Assembly (NCBI GenBank): GCA_965262975.1 | Contig: OZ253575.1 | Span: 2,530,951 to 2,594,950, forward strand | Origin: Tepidiformaceae bacterium | Lineage (GTDB): Bacteria > Chloroflexota > Dehalococcoidia > Tepidiformales > Tepidiformaceae | Reading direction: 5' to 3' | Length of the DNA: 64,000 nt | Shown here: piece after piece, positions 34,239-41,788 of the stretch | Layout of the letters: each line of letters begins with the position of its first letter | Numbering within the stretch: the stretch's first letter is position 1 | Notes under the pieces: generated by a model | Told to the model about the DNA's origin: nothing | The model's input: only the letters and a program-made list of their open reading frames with translations | The model's database searches: none | Translations under genes and position numbers: made by a program

Positions 34239-34527
34239 AGTGGTTCGAGACCTCCCGAATCGTCACGGACTTCTCGTCCTCGCTCACTTCAACAATCAGC
34301 CGCCATCTCCCCTGCAGGACGATGGCCCACTGACCGGCTCGGTTGTCCCGGAGCGGGTGGGCGCGAAGCGAGCTGAACTGCCGGATCGCATCCCAGTCCT
34401 CGGCGTCGTACAACGCGTTCACACGCTGGACGTACCGCCGTCCCCGGTCGGGGCCGTACTTCTTCACCGCCTCCTTGAGGGACTCGTACTGGCGATGGAG
34501 CGCTCGGGTGCCGAAGTGAACGTCCAA
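34228..34527 (-). CDS. higB: HigB-like (RelE/ParE superfamily, 'plasmid maintenance system killer') toxin
   Basis: 99 aa: FGTRALHRQYESLKEAVKKYGPDRGRRYVQRVNALYDAEDWDAIRQFSSLRAHPLRDNRAGQWAIVLQGRWRLIVEV. This is the HigB killer-protein pattern. TTG start. The toxin-first order is typical of higBA. Confidence 0.8.
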   Translation of the reverse strand: MDVHFGTRALHRQYESLKEAVKKYGPDRGRRYVQRVNALYDAEDWDAIRQFSSLRAHPLRDNRAGQWAIVLQGRWRLIVEVSEDEKSVTIREVSNHYDD

Positions 34528-34537
34528 GGCGCGTGAC

Positions 34538-34556
34538 CTTCATCCCCAGGGTGAAG
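34538..34556. promoter_or_regulatory. Palindromic operator-like site 1 upstream of higB
   Basis: CTTCATCCCCAGGGTGAAG is a near-perfect palindrome lying 11 nt upstream of the higB start. Confidence 0.55.
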
Positions 34557-34591
34557 AGTACCCTACTGGCACTGCCCGGAAAAGCCCGACG

Positions 34592-34610
34592 CTTCACCCC
34601 AGGGATGAAG
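34592..34610. promoter_or_regulatory. Palindromic operator-like site 2 upstream of higB
   Basis: CTTCACCCCAGGGATGAAG is the inverted counterpart of site 1, 54 bp centre to centre. A minus-strand TAGGGT -10-like hexamer lies between the two sites. Confidence 0.55.
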
Positions 34611-34624
34611 AAGGGGTGTCAACA

Positions 34625-35797
34625 TCAGGCGGTCGCTTCGAGGACTCCGTTGCGGTGGCCGAGGCGGGGGAGGCGGCGGTTGAGGCCGGTGAGCACTTCG
34701 TAGCTGATGGTGTCGATGGTGGCGGCGACATCGGCGGCGGTGATCGTCTCGCCGCCCTGCGCGCCGATGAGCACGGTTTCGTCGCCCGCGGCGGCGCCCG
34801 GGACGTCGGTCACGTCGATGAGGAACTGGTCCATGCAGACGAGCCCGACGATTGGGCAGCGCTTCCCCCCGGCCAGGACCTGGCCGCGGTTGCTGAGGGC
34901 GCGGTGGTAGCCGTCTGCGTAGCCGACGGGCACGAGCGCGACCCGTGAGGGGCGTTCGGCGCGCCAGGTGAGGCCGTAGCTGACGCCCTCACCGGGGGCG
35001 ACATCGAAGACGCGCGCCAGTCGCGCCTTGATGCTGAGAACGGGTCGCACGCCGGGGTTGGGGGTGTGGTTGGGCAGCGCGCCGTAGAGCCCGAGCCCCG
35101 TGCGCACGGCGTCGTAGCGGAACTCGGGGTGGCGGATGGTCGTGGCCGTGTTCGCGATGTGACGCATGGGCACTGGCCCGACGAGCCTGATCGCCTCCTC
35201 GACGACGGCGGCCTGCTTGACGGTGAAGGAATCGTCCTCGTGGTCGGCGTTGGCGAGGTGGGTCCAGATGGCCTCGAGCGTCACGCCTTCGAGGCCGCGC
35301 ACGTGGGCGGCGAGCGCGACCACCTCGGTGGGGGTCAAACCGAAGCGGTGCATGCCGCTGTCGACCTTGATGTGGACGGGCACGGGCGCCTTGCCGGCAC
35401 GGAGGACCGCAGCGGAGACGGCCTCGGCGTGCGCTTCGGTGTCGACCGTGAGGGTAATGTCGTGCGCGACCGCCGCCTCGGCGTCTTCGGGGAAGGAGTG
35501 GCCGAGCACGAGCACGGGTCGTGTCACTCCTGCCTCGCGCAGGACGAGCGCCTCCGGCAGAAAGACGACGGCGAAACGCTCGATACCCGCCGCTTCGAGC
35601 GCGGGTCCGACAATGCTGGCGCCGTGTCCGTAGGCGTTCGCCTTGACCACGGCCATGACGGTGGCATCGCCCGCGGTCTCGCGGAGGACGCGCGCGTTGG
35701 CCGCGAGGGCGTCGAGGTCGACTTCGACCCAGGCGTTGAGCGCCTTCGTGGCGCTGGCGAGGGCCGTATCGCTGGCTGTCTGACTGTTTGCCGCCAT
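34625..35797 (-). CDS. alr: Alanine racemase
   Basis: 390 aa with the PLP motif VVKANAYGHG, plus ...HIKVDSGMHRFG..., ...VGYADGY... and the C-terminal beta domain. Confidence 0.95.
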   Translation of the reverse strand: MAANSQTASDTALASATKALNAWVEVDLDALAANARVLRETAGDATVMAVVKANAYGHGASIVGPALEAAGIERFAVVFLPEALVLREAGVTRPVLVLGHSFPEDAEAAVAHDITLTVDTEAHAEAVSAAVLRAGKAPVPVHIKVDSGMHRFGLTPTEVVALAAHVRGLEGVTLEAIWTHLANADHEDDSFTVKQAAVVEEAIRLVGPVPMRHIANTATTIRHPEFRYDAVRTGLGLYGALPNHTPNPGVRPVLSIKARLARVFDVAPGEGVSYGLTWRAERPSRVALVPVGYADGYHRALSNRGQVLAGGKRCPIVGLVCMDQFLIDVTDVPGAAAGDETVLIGAQGGETITAADVAATIDTISYEVLTGLNRRLPRLGHRNGVLEATA

Positions 35798-35822
35798 GCT
35801 GACCCCTTCCCCGGGCGGCGCT

Positions 35823-35852
35823 TTGACCCGCCCACGAGGACGGGCCTAGCAT
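35823..35852 (+). promoter_or_regulatory. Sigma70-like promoter TTGACC-N18-TAGCAT feeding a leaderless start
   Basis: TTGACC (35823-35828), 18-nt spacer, TAGCAT (35847-35852), then 7 nt to GTG 35860. Confidence 0.5.
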
Positions 35853-35859
35853 CCGTGGG

Positions 35860-38112
35860 GTGGACGCCAGACGCAACCAGCCCGGCGCCCGCCCGCTGAG
35901 GGGCGTGCGGCAGGGTGCGCTGGCTGCGCTCCTCGCGGCCCTGGTGCTCGTCTCCTGTGGTGGCGAGGAAACGCCCCCTCCCACGCCTGCGCCCTCGCCG
36001 ACAGCGGTGGTGACAGCCACCCCAACTCCTGCTCCCACGCCCGATCCCGCGGTGCTCCTCGACGAGGGCTACGTGCTGCTGCGGGCGGGCCGGTACGACG
36101 AGGCGGCGGCGGCCTTCTCCGGGGCGGCGGAGCACGCGGCTGACCCGGCCGCCCTCTCGACGGCACGGCTGGGGGAGGCGGTGGCGGTCTACGAGATGGG
36201 GGATGCCGGTCGTTCGCTTTCGCTGCTGCGGCTGGCCGTTGCGGCCGCTCCCTCCGGCTCGCCCGAGGAGGCGCGGGCCGTCTACCTCCTCGGTGTGCGG
36301 CTTAACGATGGGCGCGCCTTCGCCGAGGTGGCGACCCTTCTCCGGCCCCATGCCGTCCTCGGCAGCGGCCTCGCGCTCGCCCCCTCGATCGTGTCGGAGT
36401 ACGCGCGCGCGCTCGCCGGCAACGGGGACGTGCAGCGGGCGGAGACCGTCTGGCGGTCGCTGCTGGCGACGCCCGGGCTGGGGGAGCAACTGCGACTCCC
36501 GATCCTGCGCCAGCGCGCGTCCCTGGCCCGCGTTGCGGGCGACCTGGAGGGCCGCCGCCGCTGGCTGGGCGAACTGGCGGCGCTGACGGCCGACCCGGTG
36601 GTTCGCCACGAGCTCGCGGCGGTGGGCTTCCTGCTGGGCGACCTGGACCTGTTCGAAGCACAGTTGCGCGCCATCATCATCGAGAGCCCCTCGACCGAGG
36701 AGGCCCTGCAATCCGTCCAGGACTTGCGCGATGCGGGCTACGACGTCGATCCGAGCGACGAGGGGTATGTGTTCTACCGGCACAGGGCGTTCCCCGAGGC
36801 GCGCGCCGTGCTCACCCTCGGCATCGAGGAGCAGGGGCTCACCAGATACGCCCTGGCCTACCGCACCTACTTCCTCGCGGCCTCCTACGACGACGAAGGG
36901 TTCTACCTCGAGTCGGTGCCGCTCTACGACACGGTCGCCGCGATCCCCGAGGCAGGTGTCTTCCAGCACTGGGCGGGGTACTGGGCTGCGCGGGCACTGG
37001 AGAGCGCCGGCGTCTACGAGGAGGCCGCGCTGCGCTACGACGCGGTGGCGCGCGAGGTGGGAGGCGAGTTCGCGGAGGAAGCGGTGTTCCGGAGCGGCTT
37101 TGCGAGGCTGCGCGCGGGCGACAGTGAGGGGGCGATCGAGGCGTGGGAGGCGCAGGAGGTCGTGGAGGCGCGTACGCACTACTGGCTGGGACGGGCACTC
37201 GAGCGTGGGGGGGATGCGGAGGGGGCGCAGGCAGCCTACCTGGAGGCGCTGGCCGCGCAGCCGCGGTCGTTCCACGGGCTTGAAGCGAGGCGCGCGCTCC
37301 AGATCGATGGGGGTGGGGGTGGAGACTACCGGTCGCTTGCGCAGCCGCCTCCCATCGACTGGGATGGGCTGGGGGCCTGGCTGGCGACGTACCGGCCCGG
37401 ATCGCTGGAAGAGGTGGCCTCTGAGGCGCCGGAGCTGGCCCTGGTGGGGCTCAGGGGCCGGGCCGCGGAGACGGTCGCGCGGGCGGCGGCGCGCACCGGC
37501 GATCCGTGGATGCTGCTGTCGCTGGCCCGCACAGCGGTGGAGGCGGGCTTGCCGGAGCAGGTCACGGCGATTGCGGTAAGGCTACAGGAGACACTAGGTA
37601 TCAGTGACAGGGACCTGCCGGATGAGTTGGCGCGTCTGCGCTATCCCCTTCCCTATCCAGTGCTCCTCGAAGAGCACGGGCGAGCGAACGGGCTCGACCC
37701 GCTTCTACTGGCGGCGCTGATCCACCAGGAGAGCCGATGGGATGCGACCGCAGTCTCCCCTGCGGACGCGGTGGGCCTGACGCAGGTCATTCCCCCGACG
37801 GCCGCCTGGATCGCCGACCAGCTCGGTGCCCCACGGATTGCGCTGGGGGAGCTATTCCGCCCTGCGAAGTCGATCGAGTTCGGCTCGTACTACCTGGGCG
37901 TGCAGTTGCGGGAATTCGGTGATGCGCACCAGGCGCTGGCCGCCTACAACGGCGGCCCCGCGAACGTGGAGCGGTGGGCGGCGGTGGCCTCGTGGCCGCC
38001 GGCGGACTTCGTCGAGGCGATCGTGTTCCAGGAGACGCGCGACTACGTGCAGCTGGTGATGGAGCACTACGCCTGGTACCGCGCTCTCTATGGAAAGGGG
38101 GCTGGCGGCTAG
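35860..38112 (+). CDS. Soluble lytic murein transglycosylase (Slt70-like: TPR/superhelical N-domain + SLT domain), probable lipoprotein
   Basis: Lipobox LAALVLVSC-GG, then a long helical-repeat region. The SLT catalytic region is LLAALIHQESRWDATAVSPADAVGLTQVIPPTAAWIA...ALAAYNGGPANV. Confidence 0.9.
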   Translation: MDARRNQPGARPLRGVRQGALAALLAALVLVSCGGEETPPPTPAPSPTAVVTATPTPAPTPDPAVLLDEGYVLLRAGRYDEAAAAFSGAAEHAADPAALSTARLGEAVAVYEMGDAGRSLSLLRLAVAAAPSGSPEEARAVYLLGVRLNDGRAFAEVATLLRPHAVLGSGLALAPSIVSEYARALAGNGDVQRAETVWRSLLATPGLGEQLRLPILRQRASLARVAGDLEGRRRWLGELAALTADPVVRHELAAVGFLLGDLDLFEAQLRAIIIESPSTEEALQSVQDLRDAGYDVDPSDEGYVFYRHRAFPEARAVLTLGIEEQGLTRYALAYRTYFLAASYDDEGFYLESVPLYDTVAAIPEAGVFQHWAGYWAARALESAGVYEEAALRYDAVAREVGGEFAEEAVFRSGFARLRAGDSEGAIEAWEAQEVVEARTHYWLGRALERGGDAEGAQAAYLEALAAQPRSFHGLEARRALQIDGGGGGDYRSLAQPPPIDWDGLGAWLATYRPGSLEEVASEAPELALVGLRGRAAETVARAAARTGDPWMLLSLARTAVEAGLPEQVTAIAVRLQETLGISDRDLPDELARLRYPLPYPVLLEEHGRANGLDPLLLAALIHQESRWDATAVSPADAVGLTQVIPPTAAWIADQLGAPRIALGELFRPAKSIEFGSYYLGVQLREFGDAHQALAAYNGGPANVERWAAVASWPPADFVEAIVFQETRDYVQLVMEHYAWYRALYGKGAGG

Positions 38113-38152
38113 GGGGCGAGGATCGTAGCGTAGGGGGCCGAAGGAACAGGCC

Positions 38153-38296
38153 GTGTCGCCAAAACGAACGTATCAACCGCACCGCCGCCCGCGCCGCCGC
38201 GTTCACGGCTTTCGCCGGCGGATGGCCTCGCGTGAGGGCCGGGCGATACTCAAGGCACGGCGCCTGAAAGGCCGGAGGCGGCTGACGGTCGTCTAG
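38153..38296 (+). CDS. rpmH: 50S ribosomal protein L34
   Basis: Too short for the ORF track. Hand translation from GTG 38153 (AAGGAAC SD upstream): [47 protein letters not shown]. Canonical L34 pattern (KRTYQP...HGFR.RM....GR.IL..RR.KGR..L). rnpA follows. Confidence 0.93.
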   Translation: MSPKRTYQPHRRPRRRVHGFRRRMASREGRAILKARRLKGRRRLTVV

Positions 38297-38310
38297 GCAA
38301 GGAGCGCGCG

Positions 38311-38652
38311 GTGGAGTCACTACGTCGGCGCGCAGACTTCGAACAAGTGTTCTTATCTGGGAAGTTTGTAGGCGGGCGCTCGTTGGCGCTCCGCTTCGTC
38401 GCGCGCGGGGAAGGTCCGACCAGGGTCGGGTTCGCGGTAGGCAAGCGGCTGGACAATCGGGCGGTCATCCGCAACCGGGTGCGTCGCAGGCTCCGGGAGG
38501 TGCTGGCCGGGGTCGTGTTGCCGGAAGGCTACGACGTCGTCGTCCTGGGGCGCCGCCCGGGACTCACCGATGACTTTCGGTCGCTGGAGCGGGATGCCCG
38601 GGCCGTGCTGGCTCGAGCAGGGCTGCTAGGAGAGGAGGAGGCGGAGGAGTGA
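38311..38652 (+). CDS. rnpA: Ribonuclease P protein component
   Basis: 113 aa: LRRRADFEQVFLSGKFVGGRSLALRFV...RVGFAVGKRLDNRAVIRNRVRRRLREV. This is the RnpA RNR motif, in the conserved position after rpmH. Confidence 0.92.
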   Translation: MESLRRRADFEQVFLSGKFVGGRSLALRFVARGEGPTRVGFAVGKRLDNRAVIRNRVRRRLREVLAGVVLPEGYDVVVLGRRPGLTDDFRSLERDARAVLARAGLLGEEEAEE

Positions 38653-38794
38653 CGTGGGGACCCGGGGAGCTGAGGAGCAGGCAGATCCAGTTGGCCGGTG
38701 GGCAGGTGGGGCGGAGATGGGCGGTCGGGGGTAAGCGGGAGGGCGCGGTGCCGCGTCGCAGGCGCGAAAATCGGGGGATAGGGGGGCAGACGGT

Positions 38795-39007
38795 ATGAAG
38801 TGGGTGCTGATCGGGGCTATCCGGCTGTACCAGGTAACCCTGTCGGGCCTCTTCCTCAACAACTGCCGTTTCGAGCCGAGCTGTTCTCGCTATGGGGAGG
38901 AGGCGCTGTCGAAACACGGGGTAATGCGCGGAACGTGGCTCACGGCGAAGCGCTTGTCCCGCTGCCGGCCCGGTGGGGGCTACGGCTACGACCCAGTCCC
39001 GGACTAG
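38795..39007 (+). CDS. yidD: Membrane protein insertion efficiency factor YidD
   Basis: 70 aa: IRLYQVTLSGLFLNNCRFEPSCSRYGEEALSKHGVMRGTWLTAKRLSRCRPGGGYGYDPVP. Canonical YidD cysteine pattern. Confidence 0.93.
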   Translation: MKWVLIGAIRLYQVTLSGLFLNNCRFEPSCSRYGEEALSKHGVMRGTWLTAKRLSRCRPGGGYGYDPVPD

Positions 39008-39013
39008 CGGCTA

Positions 39014-39029
39014 TGTTTCACGTGAAACA
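39014..39029. other. parS centromere-like site 1 (perfect)
   Basis: TGTTTCACGTGAAACA is a 16/16 match to the chromosomal parS consensus TGTTNCACGTGAAACA. Confidence 0.9.
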
Positions 39030-39130
39030 ATGAAGCCTGCTCGGCGCAGGCCCTGGGGTCCGAGAGGCGGGAATCCTCCGGTGAAGGGTGGGAAGCAGGT
39101 GCCGGTCGCCGTTTCGCATGAAGGCCCGAA

Positions 39131-39146
39131 TGTTTCACGTGAAACA
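39131..39146. other. parS site 2 (perfect)
   Basis: TGTTTCACGTGAAACA, 117 bp after site 1. The flanks are also similar (AATGAAGCCTGCTCGGCGCAGCC vs AATGGGACTTGCTCAGCACAGCC). Confidence 0.9.
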
Positions 39147-39247
39147 ATGGGACTTGCTCAGCACAGCCTCTAACGACGCGGAGGTGCGAGTCCATGGGTG
39201 AGGGTTGGAGGGCGGGAGTTGATCACCGTTCCGTACGATGCCGCGAT

Positions 39248-39263
39248 TGTTTCACGTGGAGCG
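39248..39263. other. Degenerate parS site 3
   Basis: TGTTTCACGTGGAGCG has the left half perfect and 13/16 overall. It lies exactly 117 bp after site 2. Confidence 0.5.
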
Positions 39264-39469
39264 GGCGGTTGGAGTGCGATCGACGCTTCCCCCCAGTCCA
39301 GGCGATGGTAAGCAGGCGATCGCGAACGGACAGGTAGGGAGCGGGGGGCGTGCCGTAGGAGGGATGTGCCCCTGGGTCGGCGGGGCAAACCGGAGCCCAA
39401 TAGGCGATGGGTTGCAGCAGAATGGGGCGTTCTGCACCCTGTTGGCGACGGATGACCCATGGAACGGAT

Positions 39470-39485
39470 TGTTTCACGTGAAACA
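39470..39485. other. parS site 4 (perfect)
   Basis: TGTTTCACGTGAAACA. Confidence 0.9.
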
Positions 39486-39617
39486 CGGGTGGTACCAGCC
39501 GCAATCCGGGGAAGTGACGGGATCGGAAAGGCTAAGGTGAGTGGGCCCATGACTGGATGTGACGGAAAGACCGTCCCGGGCTGCTCCCAAACTGGCGCGG
39601 AAGGGCGCCGTCAGGGC

Positions 39618-39633
39618 TGTTTCACGTGAAACA
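39618..39633. other. parS site 5 (perfect)
   Basis: TGTTTCACGTGAAACA, about 40 nt upstream of the PQQ-propeller lipoprotein gene. Confidence 0.9.
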
Positions 39634-39674
39634 GAGTTCTATGTTCGCTGACCGTGAGATTGCTTGCTGCTACG

Positions 39675-40811
39675 ATGAATGCTGTGCGTCCTGCTAAGCG
39701 CCTGATTCCTGTCATCGTGGCTTTCGCGCTACTGTCGACCGCGTGCGTCGGGTTCTCCGAGCCGCGAGGGTGGGCGGAGCCTGTGTTCGACGGCGAGACC
39801 GTGTACGTCTTCGTGGACAGCGAGGAGTTCGCCGCTGTTGACCTCGACGACGCGGGGGGACAGGCCCAGTGGGTGTTCCCCGACGAGGATATCGAGGTTG
39901 AGGACGAAATCGGCCTTGAGGCGGTGTATGGACCGCCACTGTTCGCCGGCGACCGCATCATCCTGGCGGGCTTTTCGGGGGAGATCGTGGCCCTGACGCT
40001 GGCGGGGCGGTTCTCGGCGCCCCTGGGCAGCTGGCAGCGCAATGATGTGGAGGGCTCCATCGTGGGTGGGGCCACCCTGGCGGGCGACCGGTTCGCATTT
40101 GGCACGACCGAGGAGCGGCTCTATGTGCGCAGCGTGGTGGATGGTGGGGCAGTGGCGCCCTGGCCGCGGGAAGGGCGGAAGCTTGGAGGTGAGATTTGGT
40201 CTCAACCGGTCGTCGTTGGAGCTGTTCTCTACGTTGGCACCATGGACGGGAACCTCTACGCCTTTGACCTGGAATCGGGCGCGGAGCTCTGGCCGGAGCC
40301 CTTTGATGCCGGCGGAGCGATTGCGGAGCTGAGCTTCATCGAGGGCGGGGTGCTGTTTGTGCCCACGCTGGGTGGGGAAGTGTGGCTGGTGGAGGCGGGG
40401 ACTGGCCGGGCGCGGGGTGGGGCGTTTGAGACGGAGGACTGGGTGTGGACGAGGCCGGCGGTTCGCGACGGGGTGGCCTACTTCGGCGACTTCGGGGGGC
40501 TGGTGCATGCGCTGAATCTGCAGACGGGGCGCAGCCTTTGGACCTACGACACGGGCGGTAAGGTGAAGGCGGAGGGCGTCATAATCGGCGAAACACTTAT
40601 CGTTGGGGATGAGGGTGGCACGGTGCACTTCGTGGATCTGGCAAACGGCGTGGCGCGGAATACTGTCAAACTTGATGATTCGGGGAAGCTTCGAGCGGAT
40701 TTGGTGGAAAAGGACGGTTTTGCGTGGCTCCTTGGCACAAAGGGGAAGCTCTACCGCGCTGATCCCGAGACGCTCACGGTATTCGAGCGCGAAATCCGGG
40801 GTCTGCCGTGA
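39675..40811 (+). CDS. PQQ-like beta-propeller repeat protein (BamB-like fold), probable lipoprotein
   Basis: ORF 39654..40811. ATG 39675 gives MNAVRPAKRLIPVIVAFALLSTAC. Repeats of the type G.VYVGTMDGNLYAFDLESGAELW, GVAYFGDFGGLVHALNLQTGRSLW and LIVGDEGGTVHFVDLANG. Confidence 0.8.
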   Translation: MNAVRPAKRLIPVIVAFALLSTACVGFSEPRGWAEPVFDGETVYVFVDSEEFAAVDLDDAGGQAQWVFPDEDIEVEDEIGLEAVYGPPLFAGDRIILAGFSGEIVALTLAGRFSAPLGSWQRNDVEGSIVGGATLAGDRFAFGTTEERLYVRSVVDGGAVAPWPREGRKLGGEIWSQPVVVGAVLYVGTMDGNLYAFDLESGAELWPEPFDAGGAIAELSFIEGGVLFVPTLGGEVWLVEAGTGRARGGAFETEDWVWTRPAVRDGVAYFGDFGGLVHALNLQTGRSLWTYDTGGKVKAEGVIIGETLIVGDEGGTVHFVDLANGVARNTVKLDDSGKLRADLVEKDGFAWLLGTKGKLYRADPETLTVFEREIRGLP

Positions 40812-41788
40812 TTCGCCAGATACCGCAGAGGGCCGGCCTCGGCGTCGCGCTGCTCGGCGGCGTCGCGCTGGTGTTCGTCATCGCGACGTTCGGGTTCACG
40901 CATTCGTTCACCGTCGGTCTGCTGGACCCGATGATCAATGTGCTCGTGGTGCTCAATCACGCGCTCTGGGGCAGCTTCGGGCTGGCCGTTATCGCCTTCA
41001 CGATCCTGATCCGGTTTGTCACCTTCCCGCTGACGCTCCGCCAGCTCCAACAGACGCGCGCGCTGCAGGCGCTCCAGCCGCTCGTGAAGGACCTCCAGAA
41101 GAAGTTCACGGACCCGAAGCGCCGCCAGGAAGAGATGATGAAGGCCTACCGCCAGGCGGGCGTGAATCCCCTCGGCTGCCTGGGGCCGATGGTGCTCCAG
41201 TTCCCCATCCTGATCGCGCTCTTCTACGCCATCCGCCAGACGCTGGCGATCTCGCCGGAAGCGCTCGACAACCTCTCCGGCCATCTCTACTCGTGGAGCT
41301 ACATCCAGAGCGCGATCCCGCTCGAAGAGAGCTTCATCGGGATCAACCTGGCCGAGGGCGCATCCATCAACGTGTTCAACCTGAACCTCCTGATCGTGGT
41401 CCTCGTCGGCCTCGCGACGTGGGCGCAGTCGAAGACGACGGTGACGGTCGCGACGGACGAACGGGCGCGCACCCAGCAACAGATGATGCAGTGGATGCTG
41501 CCCATCATGTTCATGTTTTTCGGACTCAGCTTTCCCAGTGGCGTGAGCCTTTACTGGGTGGTCACCTCGGTTGTGAGCGTGGGCTTCAACGTGGTGAGGT
41601 ATGGCTTTCCCGCGCTCAACATCCCGCCCCTGGTGGGACCCCCGGCCCCTCGCCCGTCGAGCGAGGCCGCAGCAACAGTATCTTCGGAGGGCGGTGGCGG
41701 ATCACGCCCAAGGCCCTCCCGCGAATTGAGGACAACTGCTCATGGAACACGCCGAAGCAAGCGGAAAAACCGTCGACGACGCGCTTAA
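40808..41788 (+). CDS. yidC: Membrane protein insertase YidC (short type)
   Basis: FGLAVIAFTILIRFVTFPLTLRQLQQTRALQALQPLVKDLQKKF...EMMKAYRQAGVNPLGCLGPMVLQFPILIALFYAI...GVSLYWVVTSVVSV. Highly basic C-tail (RRSKRKNRRRRA). GTGA overlap with the upstream gene, and a 47-nt overlap with jag. Confidence 0.92.
   Translation: MIRQIPQRAGLGVALLGGVALVFVIATFGFTHSFTVGLLDPMINVLVVLNHALWGSFGLAVIAFTILIRFVTFPLTLRQLQQTRALQALQPLVKDLQKKFTDPKRRQEEMMKAYRQAGVNPLGCLGPMVLQFPILIALFYAIRQTLAISPEALDNLSGHLYSWSYIQSAIPLEESFIGINLAEGASINVFNLNLLIVVLVGLATWAQSKTTVTVATDERARTQQQMMQWMLPIMFMFFGLSFPSGVSLYWVVTSVVSVGFNVVRYGFPALNIPPLVGPPAPRPSSEAAATVSSEGGGGSRPRPSRELRTTAHGTRRSKRKNRRRRA

Noticed and set aside
38973-39550. Several 60-126-aa ORFs in the yidD-yidC spacer, some containing the peptide FHVKQ
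   Set aside because: The recurring FHVKQ/CFT* strings are simply translations of the palindromic parS site. The ORFs overlap one another on both strands and have no start signals. The block is better explained as a non-coding parS array.
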